Position numbers and translations under genes: made by a program. A stretch of DNA of 64,000 nt from Candidatus Peregrinibacteria bacterium GW2011_GWF2_38_29 (GTDB taxonomy: Bacteria > Patescibacteriota > Gracilibacteria > UBA1369 > UBA12463): the NCBI GenBank assembly GCA_000992695.1, contig LBUS01000004.1, positions 17,454-81,453 of the forward strand, in the 5' to 3' direction. Positions 1-7,679 of the stretch are shown piece after piece. The first letter of the stretch is position 1. Each line of letters begins with the position of its first letter. The notes under the pieces were generated by a model that saw only the letters and a program-made list of their open reading frames with translations, ran no database searches and was not told the DNA's origin.

Positions 1-10
1 CAGATATAAT

Positions 11-874
11 GTGATAGAAATGGCTGAAGCATTTGGATTGGATGAAATGGAAGCGTTTCAAGCAATGATTGAAACGTCTCGAATCGGAATACTCCTTTTA
101 CAATATTTAGCTGATCAAGTTGGAGAGGAAATGATTTATTGTTTGAGTACAAATGCAAAAGCATATATCGAAAATGAGATAATACATAAAACCAATTCAG
201 GATTAACATTGATGGCACAATATTTAAAATCGCCGGAAGAAACAATGAGTACGATAGAGGAATATTACAAAGAGCTTGAAGTAAATAAAGGAATTGCTGA
301 TCCTGCGAAACAAATTGGCGGAGAAACAATAAGCCATGAACAAGAAGTAAAGACTGATAGTGAAAAATTATTGAGAGAAAAAAAGTGGAACAGGTTGGCG
401 ACTGTGCTGGGAAATAACATTGAAATGTTCGCGCAAGGTGAAAGTGGGTCGATAGGGCCAGATAGAAATATGCGAGAAATGTTAGAATTTTTTAACATAA
501 CAACATTTGATCAATTGAGAAATGCTATCGTAGAAAGAACACCAATAGGTCAAATTTTATTGCAATATTTTACTGAAAAAATTGCAAATTGGCTTATAGC
601 GGATATAAAAACGATAATGGGCGAAAAGGGAAATGCTTTAATAAAAGAGCTACAGCCATTAACCCACATAGGGATGGACAGTGCAATACTTTGCATCGAG
701 AAAGCGCGTAAATTACATAAAAAGGGAAGCTCCTTGAGAGAATTGGTATATGCAAGCGCAATAGAAGTTGCGTTGACAGAAGAAAAAAGAATAAAACATA
801 GAGCTCGCATGCAACACAAAGATTTATTTCAAGCGGGAATAATAGAAGCAATGACGCCGCGAAAAGGCTTGTAA
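11..874 (+). CDS. Hypothetical protein with an internal two-fold repeat
   Basis: Longest ORF here. The frame is open to the window edge, but TATAAT at 5-10 followed by ATG at 20 suggests a complete gene. Two related segments are visible (..SRIGILLLQYLADQV.. and ..TPIGQILLQYFTEKI..). No family recognised. Confidence 0.5.
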   Translation: MIEMAEAFGLDEMEAFQAMIETSRIGILLLQYLADQVGEEMIYCLSTNAKAYIENEIIHKTNSGLTLMAQYLKSPEETMSTIEEYYKELEVNKGIADPAKQIGGETISHEQEVKTDSEKLLREKKWNRLATVLGNNIEMFAQGESGSIGPDRNMREMLEFFNITTFDQLRNAIVERTPIGQILLQYFTEKIANWLIADIKTIMGEKGNALIKELQPLTHIGMDSAILCIEKARKLHKKGSSLRELVYASAIEVALTEEKRIKHRARMQHKDLFQAGIIEAMTPRKGL

Positions 875-876
875 AA

Positions 877-1287
877 CTAACTGTTCGTCCTTTCAAAAAA
901 GAACTTCCACCACCTCTCTGAATTGCTCAAATTATAATAAGCCTTAAGGGGATATTTGCCGGTTTCGTCTTTTACGTCGTCAGTTGGAATATTTTCACCT
1001 TCAGGGATAATAATAACTTCTTCACCGGGATTTATAAGACCAAAGTTTTGTTTTGCGATTTTATCAATATAAGCATCTGAGGTGTAATAAAGTAAATCCT
1101 CAGCTTTTTTACGATTCTCTTCAGCAATCATGCGGTTTTCATTTTCAAAATTTTTCACATGAAAGTCAATCTGATAACTTTGATAAATATTCACCGTAAG
1201 TGCATAAAGCAAATATGAAACAAGAAAAAATTCCGCGATGAGAATCATTTTTGTCGTATTAGAGGTGTTGTGAAGGTCGAATTTCAT
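877..1287 (-). CDS. FtsB/DivIC-type septum formation initiator
   Basis: One N-terminal TM helix, a coiled-coil stretch (NENRMIAEENRKKAEDL) and the family-typical C-terminal YIDKIAKQNFGLINPGEEVIII. ATG at 1287 is preferred to the TTG at 1296, because a TGATAAAAT extended -10 abuts the TTG. Confidence 0.7.
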   Translation of the reverse strand: MKFDLHNTSNTTKMILIAEFFLVSYLLYALTVNIYQSYQIDFHVKNFENENRMIAEENRKKAEDLLYYTSDAYIDKIAKQNFGLINPGEEVIIIPEGENIPTDDVKDETGKYPLKAYYNLSNSERWWKFFFERTNS

Positions 1288-1345
1288 ACTGCGCAAATTT
1301 TATCACAAATTGTCATGAAAGATAAATAAAGGTAATATAAATAAG

Positions 1346-2638
1346 ATGAAAAATGCACATTTTATAGGGATAGGAGGCATTGGGATGAGCGCTCTCGCAA
1401 TGATGGCAAAATCAAGAAATCTAAACATTTCCGGATCAGACGAAGTTGCTTCCGAAATCACAAATACTCTTAAAAAAAGGGGTATAAAAATTTCAATTGG
1501 CCATTCATCTAAAAACGTTCCAAAAAAATGCGATTTAGTTATTTATTCACTCGCCGCTCCGGAATCAAATCCGGAAAGAGTTGAGGCTAAAAGACGCAAA
1601 ATAAAGCAGTCATCCTATCCGCAAGCACTCGGCGAATTCACAAAATCAAATCAAAATATTTGCGTAACAGGAACTCACGGAAAAAGCACAACTTCAGGAA
1701 TGCTTTCAAAAATTTTGATAGATTGCAAAATCGATCCGCTCGTAATTATCGGCACAAAAACTCGCTATCTTAAATATGGCAATTTTCACAACGGTAAAAG
1801 CAAATTCAGTGTTCTTGAAGCATGCGAATATAGACGCGCATTTCTCAATCTAAAACAATATATTGGAATAATCACAAACGTAGATAGCGACCATTTGGAT
1901 TATTATAAAAATTCAGATAATTATTTAAAAGCATTCAAAGAATTCGCAGCAAAAACTCCAAAAAATGGCTTCCTGATTATAAATAAAGATGATAAAAGAA
2001 GCGTCCTAGCGGCAAAATCGTGCAAAGGAAATGTCATTTATGTCAGCGAAAAAAACGCACCAAAATTAAATTTAACATTACCGGGCGAACACAACCGCAT
2101 GAATGCACTTCTCGCAATAACGGCCGCAAGAATACTTGGTTGTCCAATCCAAAAAGCAGTAAAATCAGTAAATGAATACGAAGGAAGTTGGCGCAGATTT
2201 GAATATAAAGGAAAACTTGGAACAAGCATGGTTTTCGACGATTACGCCCACCATCCAAATGAAATCAAAGCAACTCTTGCTGGCGCGCGTGAAAAATTCC
2301 CAAACAAATATATTCTTTGCGTGTTTCAACCGCATCAATATGCCAGAACCAAGTCTTTTATAAATGAATTTCCAAAAGCATTTTTAAACGCGGACGAAGT
2401 AATTGTGCCAAATATTTATGATGTTATTGGTCGCGAAGAGAAAGTAAAACCAATCACGCCGGATCAGTTCGTCGCCAAACTAAAAACCGCTCACAAAAAC
2501 GTAAAAAACAGCAACGGCTTCGAAAACACAGTCACGCTCATAAAAAAGAACATCAAAAAATATCAAGTAATAATTGTAATGGGAGCAGGGGATGTTTATA
2601 AGATTACAGAAAAGCTCTTTAAATTTTCTTCAAAATAA
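1346..2638 (+). CDS. murC: UDP-N-acetylmuramate--L-alanine ligase
   Basis: N-terminal HFIGIGGIGMSALA Rossmann motif, Mur ligase P-loop GTHGKSTT, length 430 aa. Confidence 0.92.
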   Translation: MKNAHFIGIGGIGMSALAMMAKSRNLNISGSDEVASEITNTLKKRGIKISIGHSSKNVPKKCDLVIYSLAAPESNPERVEAKRRKIKQSSYPQALGEFTKSNQNICVTGTHGKSTTSGMLSKILIDCKIDPLVIIGTKTRYLKYGNFHNGKSKFSVLEACEYRRAFLNLKQYIGIITNVDSDHLDYYKNSDNYLKAFKEFAAKTPKNGFLIINKDDKRSVLAAKSCKGNVIYVSEKNAPKLNLTLPGEHNRMNALLAITAARILGCPIQKAVKSVNEYEGSWRRFEYKGKLGTSMVFDDYAHHPNEIKATLAGAREKFPNKYILCVFQPHQYARTKSFINEFPKAFLNADEVIVPNIYDVIGREEKVKPITPDQFVAKLKTAHKNVKNSNGFENTVTLIKKNIKKYQVIIVMGAGDVYKITEKLFKFSSK

Positions 2639-3995
2639 ATCCGTCTTTCGTATCTTCAATGTCATATCCTTTCGCAATAATTTCTTTTCGAAGTTCATCC
2701 GAACGTGCGAAATTTCTATTTTTTCTCTCAATCAAGCGTTCATTTGCCAAAGAAACGACTTCAAGAGGCATTTTCTCACTTGAAAAAACGATTCCAAGAA
2801 CTTCATCAACGCGGTTTAAAACAGCCAAAATTTCATCTTTTGATTTTTGACTCAATCCTTTTTCCAAAAATTTATTTACATCACTAATAAAATCAAAAAG
2901 TGCAGCCAAAGCAGAAGGCGTTTCAAAATCGTCATCCATAGCTTTTTCAAATTTCTTAACAAATTTTTCAATTGCGGATTTAAGCGTCGTTTCAAAATTG
3001 CCTCCGTCCCCATGTGCCTGCACCAACTTCAACGAAAAATCATGCACCCTTTTCAGCCCATTTTTCGCTTGCTCAAGGGCTTCCTCGGAAAAATCAAGCG
3101 GCGCTCGATAATGTTTTTGCAAATAAAATAACCTTAAAACTTGTCCCGGATATTTATTCAAAACATCTCTCAAAGTCACAAAATTATGAAGTGATTTCGA
3201 CATCTTTTCCTTATTGATATTCACAAATCCATTATGAACCCAAAAGTTAGCAAAATCGCATCCGTTAGCGGCTTCGCTCTGCGCGACTTCACATTCATGA
3301 TGCGGAAAAATCAAATCCTGACCACCGCCATGAATATCAATTGTTTCACCAAGCTCTTTTTTCACCATCGCAGAACATTCAAGATGCCATCCCGGCCTTC
3401 CTTTGCCCCAAGGTGAATCCCAACTTGGTTCACCGGGCTTTTCAAATTTCCACAAAACAAAATCTTGCGGGTTACGCTTTTCCTCATTCACATCCACGCG
3501 CGCCCCCATCTGCAAATCCTTCAAGCTTTGTCCGGATAACTTCCCATATTTTTTAAACTTCTTAATATCAAAATAAACACCGTCTTTAAGTACATAAGCC
3601 GCACCAATTTCCTCCAGTTTCTTAATCAAATCAATCATCGGCTGAATATAATCCGTCGCCCGCGTTTGCTTTGTTGCAAGCTTAATTCCAATCGCGGCAA
3701 AATCATGCTCATATTCCGGAATGATTTGCGCAGCCAACTCGGAAACAGAAATTCCTTTTTCTTTTGCCCGATTTATCATCTTATCGTCAATATCCGTATA
3801 ATTCGTAACAAAATTCACTTTATTACCCTTATATTCCAAATATTTACGAATCATATCAAAAACAGTTGCAGCTCTTCCATGACCAAGATGACCCAAATCA
3901 TAAACAGTCGGACCACAAACATACATCTTCACTTCACCCTCTTTTATAGGCTTAAATTCCTGTTTTTTCTTTTTTAAAGTATTGTAGATTTTCAT
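2619..3995 (-). CDS. cysS: Cysteine--tRNA ligase
   Basis: Class I synthetase motifs CGPTVYDLGHLGHGR (HIGH-type) and KMSKSLHN (KMSKS). 458 aa. Confidence 0.95.
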   Translation of the reverse strand: MKIYNTLKKKKQEFKPIKEGEVKMYVCGPTVYDLGHLGHGRAATVFDMIRKYLEYKGNKVNFVTNYTDIDDKMINRAKEKGISVSELAAQIIPEYEHDFAAIGIKLATKQTRATDYIQPMIDLIKKLEEIGAAYVLKDGVYFDIKKFKKYGKLSGQSLKDLQMGARVDVNEEKRNPQDFVLWKFEKPGEPSWDSPWGKGRPGWHLECSAMVKKELGETIDIHGGGQDLIFPHHECEVAQSEAANGCDFANFWVHNGFVNINKEKMSKSLHNFVTLRDVLNKYPGQVLRLFYLQKHYRAPLDFSEEALEQAKNGLKRVHDFSLKLVQAHGDGGNFETTLKSAIEKFVKKFEKAMDDDFETPSALAALFDFISDVNKFLEKGLSQKSKDEILAVLNRVDEVLGIVFSSEKMPLEVVSLANERLIERKNRNFARSDELRKEIIAKGYDIEDTKDGFILKKI

Positions 3996-3998
3996 ATT

Positions 3999-4283
3999 TT
4001 AAATATAAATCAAACTGGCAAGTGCGGACAAAATCAAATATCTCGCAATCTCAATCATAATAAACGCAATAATAGGGGATAAATCAATCATACCAATCCT
4101 ATGCGGGACTTTGCGCGCCAAATTGAGCAAAGGTTCTGTAGAATCAAATATAATCGATACAATTCGATTTGAATGATGATGCCCAAATGGATAAATCCAC
4201 GACAAAAGCACTCTCGCAAATAAAGCGAAAAATAAGATATCAAAAAATACATCAACAAATTTAAGTAAGAATACAAAACTCAT
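3999..4283 (-). CDS. YggT family small membrane protein
   Basis: 94 aa, two TM segments, FARVLLSWI motif typical of YggT. Confidence 0.65.
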   Translation of the reverse strand: MSFVFLLKFVDVFFDILFFALFARVLLSWIYPFGHHHSNRIVSIIFDSTEPLLNLARKVPHRIGMIDLSPIIAFIMIEIARYLILSALASLIYI

Positions 4284-4293
4284 TAACTGAATT

Positions 4294-6450
4294 CTAGCGT
4301 TTTTTCTTTCGGATTAAAAGGGGAACAGCGGCACCAAGCATACTGACTGCCAAAATAACCGCAGTTTCCGGACCTGTATGATTTGCACCCGCGCTTTCTT
4401 CGAGAAGATTTTCATCAAGCAATTCACTATCAAGAGCGGAAGGAAATCCCGTTAAATAAGGCTGATCCGTTGGAGTTGAACTTACAATTTTGCTGAGTTC
4501 ACTTTCGTTTCCATTTTTATTCACAGCCGAAACCGCAAAAAAGTATTTAACATCATTGTTAAGTTTTGGAATATACCAAGTTGTTTTTGAATTAAATGTT
4601 TTAACAAAATTAACCAAAGATTTTGAATCAGTTCCAAAATAAACCAAATAATGAGAAATGTTTTTTACGTCATCAATTTTCCAAGATAAAGTAACCATAT
4701 TATTACCCGGCATTGCGGTAAGTCCCATGATCGTACCCGGCGTTTCAAGGCTCGAATTTCCAACCTCAAATGACTTTTGATTTTCATAAGAAGTTTCGCT
4801 TCCAAGCGCGTCAGCAACTAAAATATCAATATCATATTTTCCAGACTTTGAAGGGGATTGAAAAGACCCTTGATAAAAACCTTCTTTGCCATCAACAGGA
4901 GAAAGTTCAATAACTTCACCCGCAATAACAGCGGAAACCTTTGCCATTCCGGCATCAGTTGAAACAGCAATAACAACCGGCGCGCTCATTGCAATTCCCG
5001 TATCAGGCGTAAGAGTTATTGAATTTATTTCAGCAGGAGTTGTTTTTATTTCTATTTCAATTTTTCCGGAAACGCCAAGAATAACGCCCTTATCGCTAAC
5101 AGCAGCAACATAAAGAATATGTTTTCCATCAATTAAAGAAGGAGTTGTGAATTCAAATTTTCCTTTTGCATCAGAAGAAGTTTTTCCAATTTCTTCATTA
5201 TTATCAAAAACCTTAACATCTGAGCCCGGGAGACTAATTCCGGATATAACTTGTGTATTTGAATTGTATTTTCCTGAAGCCGGGCTTGTGATTGAAACAA
5301 GTGAGCTTGGAGTTGGGTTATCCGCAGATTTATCATTAACCGTTATATCAAATTCGCCTGTTAAAAGCGTATTTGCAAGGTCAATAACGCCAAGTTTATA
5401 TGTTCCGGCTTTCTTGAACAGTAAAGCCTTAGAGAATGTGTGTTTTCCCATATCTGTATCAAGAAATGTATAGTCTTCAGGCAATTGGACATCGCTTGAA
5501 TTATCTCCGGAAACAGCAAAATGAATTGTTCCTGTATAAGTTGTAACAGGAGCATCCGCGGCATCAACGGCCGTAATCCCAAAATCCAAAATTGCACCTT
5601 TTTCAACTTCAGCGGTTAAATCTTCAAATTTAAATTTATAAACCGATTCAGATCCAAGACTCTCAGTTCCGGTCTGCGCACCCGCATCTTGCGCCAAAAA
5701 TGTATTTGCATACATATAACTATTATCATTTCCACCAATCGCATCAAGAAAACTTTTTCCGCCTGTATATAAAACTGAAATTCTTTTATCCAAAATAACC
5801 TTACTTGTCGCGTCATAAACAGAATAAACGGAAATTCCGGAAGTTTTGGAGCTCACTGTAAAAGTGACAGCGCCATTCGCATCCGTATAATCACGTTTTT
5901 TATTAGCCTGAACAAAGTCGTTCTGCCTGCTAGAAATTACGTTAACCTGATGATTAACAATCGGATTATCGTATTTATCCATGAGAACAATTTTCATAAC
6001 AGCCGAATTGCTTCCATCAGCCTTTAACATTTGTTGATCAACCGTAACTTTTGAATTTACAGCAGAAACTTGATCCGGATAAACTTTAAAAGAATGTGCT
6101 ATCCCAAATTTTTCATCACCACCAAGGTAAGCAGTAACAGAATAAGTTCCGGCAACTCTTGTATGCACTCCATCAAATTCAAGCTCCGCAAAACCGTTTT
6201 TATTAGTTTCTTTTTCAAGAATTATTTTTGAATCATCCGGTCTTTTCACACTAAAGAAAATAGCTTTACCAGGCTCAGCCCTAGAAGTTTTAATAATTGT
6301 TTGAAAACCCGCAATTGTATCAGAAGCCCAAGCTTCAATTTGGCTACTTAAAACATACTGCGTATTTAAATTAGCGGCATTCGCCACATTAGCTCCAAAT
6401 ATAAGCATAAACGCCATTACGATCTGAATCAGAGGGGTGATTTTTTTCAT
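4294..6450 (-). CDS. Large secreted/surface protein with Ig-like (Big_1-like) and fibronectin-III-like domains and a C-terminal TM anchor
   Basis: Signal peptide (..FGANVANA/AN). Invasin/intimin-like Ig repeat (VTVDQQMLKADGSNSAVMKIVLMDKYDNPIVNHQVNV). FN3-like segment (VTLSWKIDDVKNISHYLVYFG...YFFAVSAVNKNGNES). The C-terminus is HTGPE, then a hydrophobic helix, then RKKKR. Confidence 0.75.
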   Translation of the reverse strand: MKKITPLIQIVMAFMLIFGANVANAANLNTQYVLSSQIEAWASDTIAGFQTIIKTSRAEPGKAIFFSVKRPDDSKIILEKETNKNGFAELEFDGVHTRVAGTYSVTAYLGGDEKFGIAHSFKVYPDQVSAVNSKVTVDQQMLKADGSNSAVMKIVLMDKYDNPIVNHQVNVISSRQNDFVQANKKRDYTDANGAVTFTVSSKTSGISVYSVYDATSKVILDKRISVLYTGGKSFLDAIGGNDNSYMYANTFLAQDAGAQTGTESLGSESVYKFKFEDLTAEVEKGAILDFGITAVDAADAPVTTYTGTIHFAVSGDNSSDVQLPEDYTFLDTDMGKHTFSKALLFKKAGTYKLGVIDLANTLLTGEFDITVNDKSADNPTPSSLVSITSPASGKYNSNTQVISGISLPGSDVKVFDNNEEIGKTSSDAKGKFEFTTPSLIDGKHILYVAAVSDKGVILGVSGKIEIEIKTTPAEINSITLTPDTGIAMSAPVVIAVSTDAGMAKVSAVIAGEVIELSPVDGKEGFYQGSFQSPSKSGKYDIDILVADALGSETSYENQKSFEVGNSSLETPGTIMGLTAMPGNNMVTLSWKIDDVKNISHYLVYFGTDSKSLVNFVKTFNSKTTWYIPKLNNDVKYFFAVSAVNKNGNESELSKIVSSTPTDQPYLTGFPSALDSELLDENLLEESAGANHTGPETAVILAVSMLGAAVPLLIRKKKR

Positions 6451-6460
6451 TTTTATTTTA

Positions 6461-6517
6461 GGTTTTGACTTTTAAGTTGTGACTTTGAGTTTTGATCTTT
6501 GAGCTTTGACTTTCATT
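6461..6517. repeat. Heptad-periodic T/G-rich tract (A/C-rich in mRNA sense), forming the 5' leader of the 718 aa surface protein gene
   Basis: In minus sense it reads GTCAAAG CTCAAAG ATCAAAA CTCAAAG TCACAAC TTAAAAG TCAAAAC CTAAAAT AAAA-ATG. Related tracts occur at 22121-22178 and 54460-54556. Confidence 0.7.
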
Positions 6518-6519
6518 TA

Positions 6520-6548
6520 ATTATACCTTAAAACAGCACTTTTCTCAA
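6520..6548 (-). promoter_or_regulatory. Sigma70-like promoter (TTGAGA-17-TATAAT) for the 718 aa surface protein gene
   Basis: Minus-strand TATAAT at 6520-6525 and TTGAGA at 6543-6548 with a 17-nt spacer. It sits immediately upstream of the heptad tract. Confidence 0.5.
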
Positions 6549-6577
6549 TCTCGTAGAATAGACGCATTATATAATTA

Positions 6578-7600
6578 TTATATAATTAACATCGCATCCC
6601 CAAAGCTAAAAAACCTATAATTCTGTTTTTTCGCCTCTTCATAAGCTTTAAAAACAAAATCTTTGCCAGCAAAAGAGGAAATCAGCATCAAAAGCGTACT
6701 TTTCGGCAGATGAAAATTCGTAATCATCGCATCAACAAATTTCCACTCATATCCGGGATAAATAAAAATACTCGTTTCACCGGTTTTTGCGTTTATTTTG
6801 CCATTTTTATTGCTACAAGATTCAAGAATTCGCACAGAAGTCGTGCCAACAGCAACAATTTTCTTGCCAGCCGCCTTCGCATTATTCAAAAAATCCGCAG
6901 TATCCTGATCAAGCTCAAAAATTTCAGAATGCATCTTGTGCTCCTCAATAATATCCGTTTTTACAGGCTGAAATGTGCCAAGTCCAACATGCAAAGTAGC
7001 AAAAGCCATACCGATTCCTTTTTCTCGCAATTTGCCAAGTAAGTTTTCCGTAAAATGAAGCCCTGCAGTCGGCGCCGCCACGCTTCCATCAGTTTTACTA
7101 TAAACCGTTTGATAATCTTCAAAACTCGCTTTTGTGCCTTCAAGATAAGGGGGAAAGGGGACTTGCCCCAGTTCATTCAAATAAGAGCGTAATTCGGTCC
7201 CTTTTGTCATCAAAAACCTAATTAATCTCGTTCCATCGCCATTAACTTTTTCAATTTTCACAGAAATTTTCGGATGAATTCGAAAAATCGCATTAAGCTC
7301 AAATTTTTTGCCGGGCTTAGCCAAACATTCATAAAAATTATCTTCAATCTTTTTCAAGATAAAAATTTCCATACTTTTGCCATCAATCTCAAAAAGAATC
7401 CTCGCCGGGATAACCTTGGAATTATTAAAAACCAACACATAATTATTATCCAAAATATCTACCAAATCATAAAAATGCTTATGATTCATTGTGCCTTTTT
7501 TCTTATCCAAAATCATCAATCTGGACGAATCCCTGGGCTTTCTTGGCTCCATCGCAATAAAGCTTTTTGGCAACTGATAATCAAACTCACTTGTTTTCAT
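6578..7600 (-). CDS. queA: S-adenosylmethionine:tRNA ribosyltransferase-isomerase
   Basis: N-terminal FDYQLPKSFIA..PRDSSRLM and the central/C-terminal QueA pattern (AAPTAGLHFT, GTTSVR). 340 aa. Confidence 0.92.
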   Translation of the reverse strand: MKTSEFDYQLPKSFIAMEPRKPRDSSRLMILDKKKGTMNHKHFYDLVDILDNNYVLVFNNSKVIPARILFEIDGKSMEIFILKKIEDNFYECLAKPGKKFELNAIFRIHPKISVKIEKVNGDGTRLIRFLMTKGTELRSYLNELGQVPFPPYLEGTKASFEDYQTVYSKTDGSVAAPTAGLHFTENLLGKLREKGIGMAFATLHVGLGTFQPVKTDIIEEHKMHSEIFELDQDTADFLNNAKAAGKKIVAVGTTSVRILESCSNKNGKINAKTGETSIFIYPGYEWKFVDAMITNFHLPKSTLLMLISSFAGKDFVFKAYEEAKKQNYRFFSFGDAMLII

Positions 7601-7606
7601 GCAAGC

Positions 7607-7615
7607 ATTATAGCA
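7607..7615 (-). promoter_or_regulatory. Extended -10 box (TGCTATAAT) 6 nt upstream of the queA ATG
   Basis: The minus strand reads TGCTATAAT-GCTTGC-ATG. It lies directly downstream of the terminator of the preceding gene. Confidence 0.5.
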
Positions 7616-7623
7616 AACCCCAC

Positions 7624-7654
7624 AAAAAAGCCCCGCTTTTTAAGGCAGGGCTTT
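7624..7654 (-). terminator. Rho-independent terminator after the 693 aa secreted protein gene
   Basis: Minus strand: AAAGCCCTGC-CTTAAAAA-GCGGGGCTTTTTT. This is a GC-rich 7-10 bp stem followed by a T6 run, about 25 nt after the stop codon. Confidence 0.65.
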
Positions 7655-7679
7655 AAAAGATTTTTTTAAAATCAATAGA

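Noticed and set aside
4886-5473. Multiple 60-130 aa ORFs antisense to long genes. Examples are 4886-5113, 5147-5473, 6710-7042, 7274-7669, 10205-10804, 21357-21743, 32153-32461, 55254-55658 and 56172-56480.
   Set aside because: All lie fully inside, and antisense to, ORFs with strong family signatures or long coherent reading frames. Their products are low-complexity with no recognisable motifs. They are typical shadow ORFs of AT-rich DNA.
6461-6517. Possible CRISPR array or minisatellite in the repeat-containing spacers (also 11551-11625, 22121-22178 and 54460-54556).
   Set aside because: The units are 6-9 nt and degenerate, with no spacer-sized unique segments, and there are no cas genes in the window. 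They are not CRISPR. They are reported instead as periodic leader/repeat tracts.
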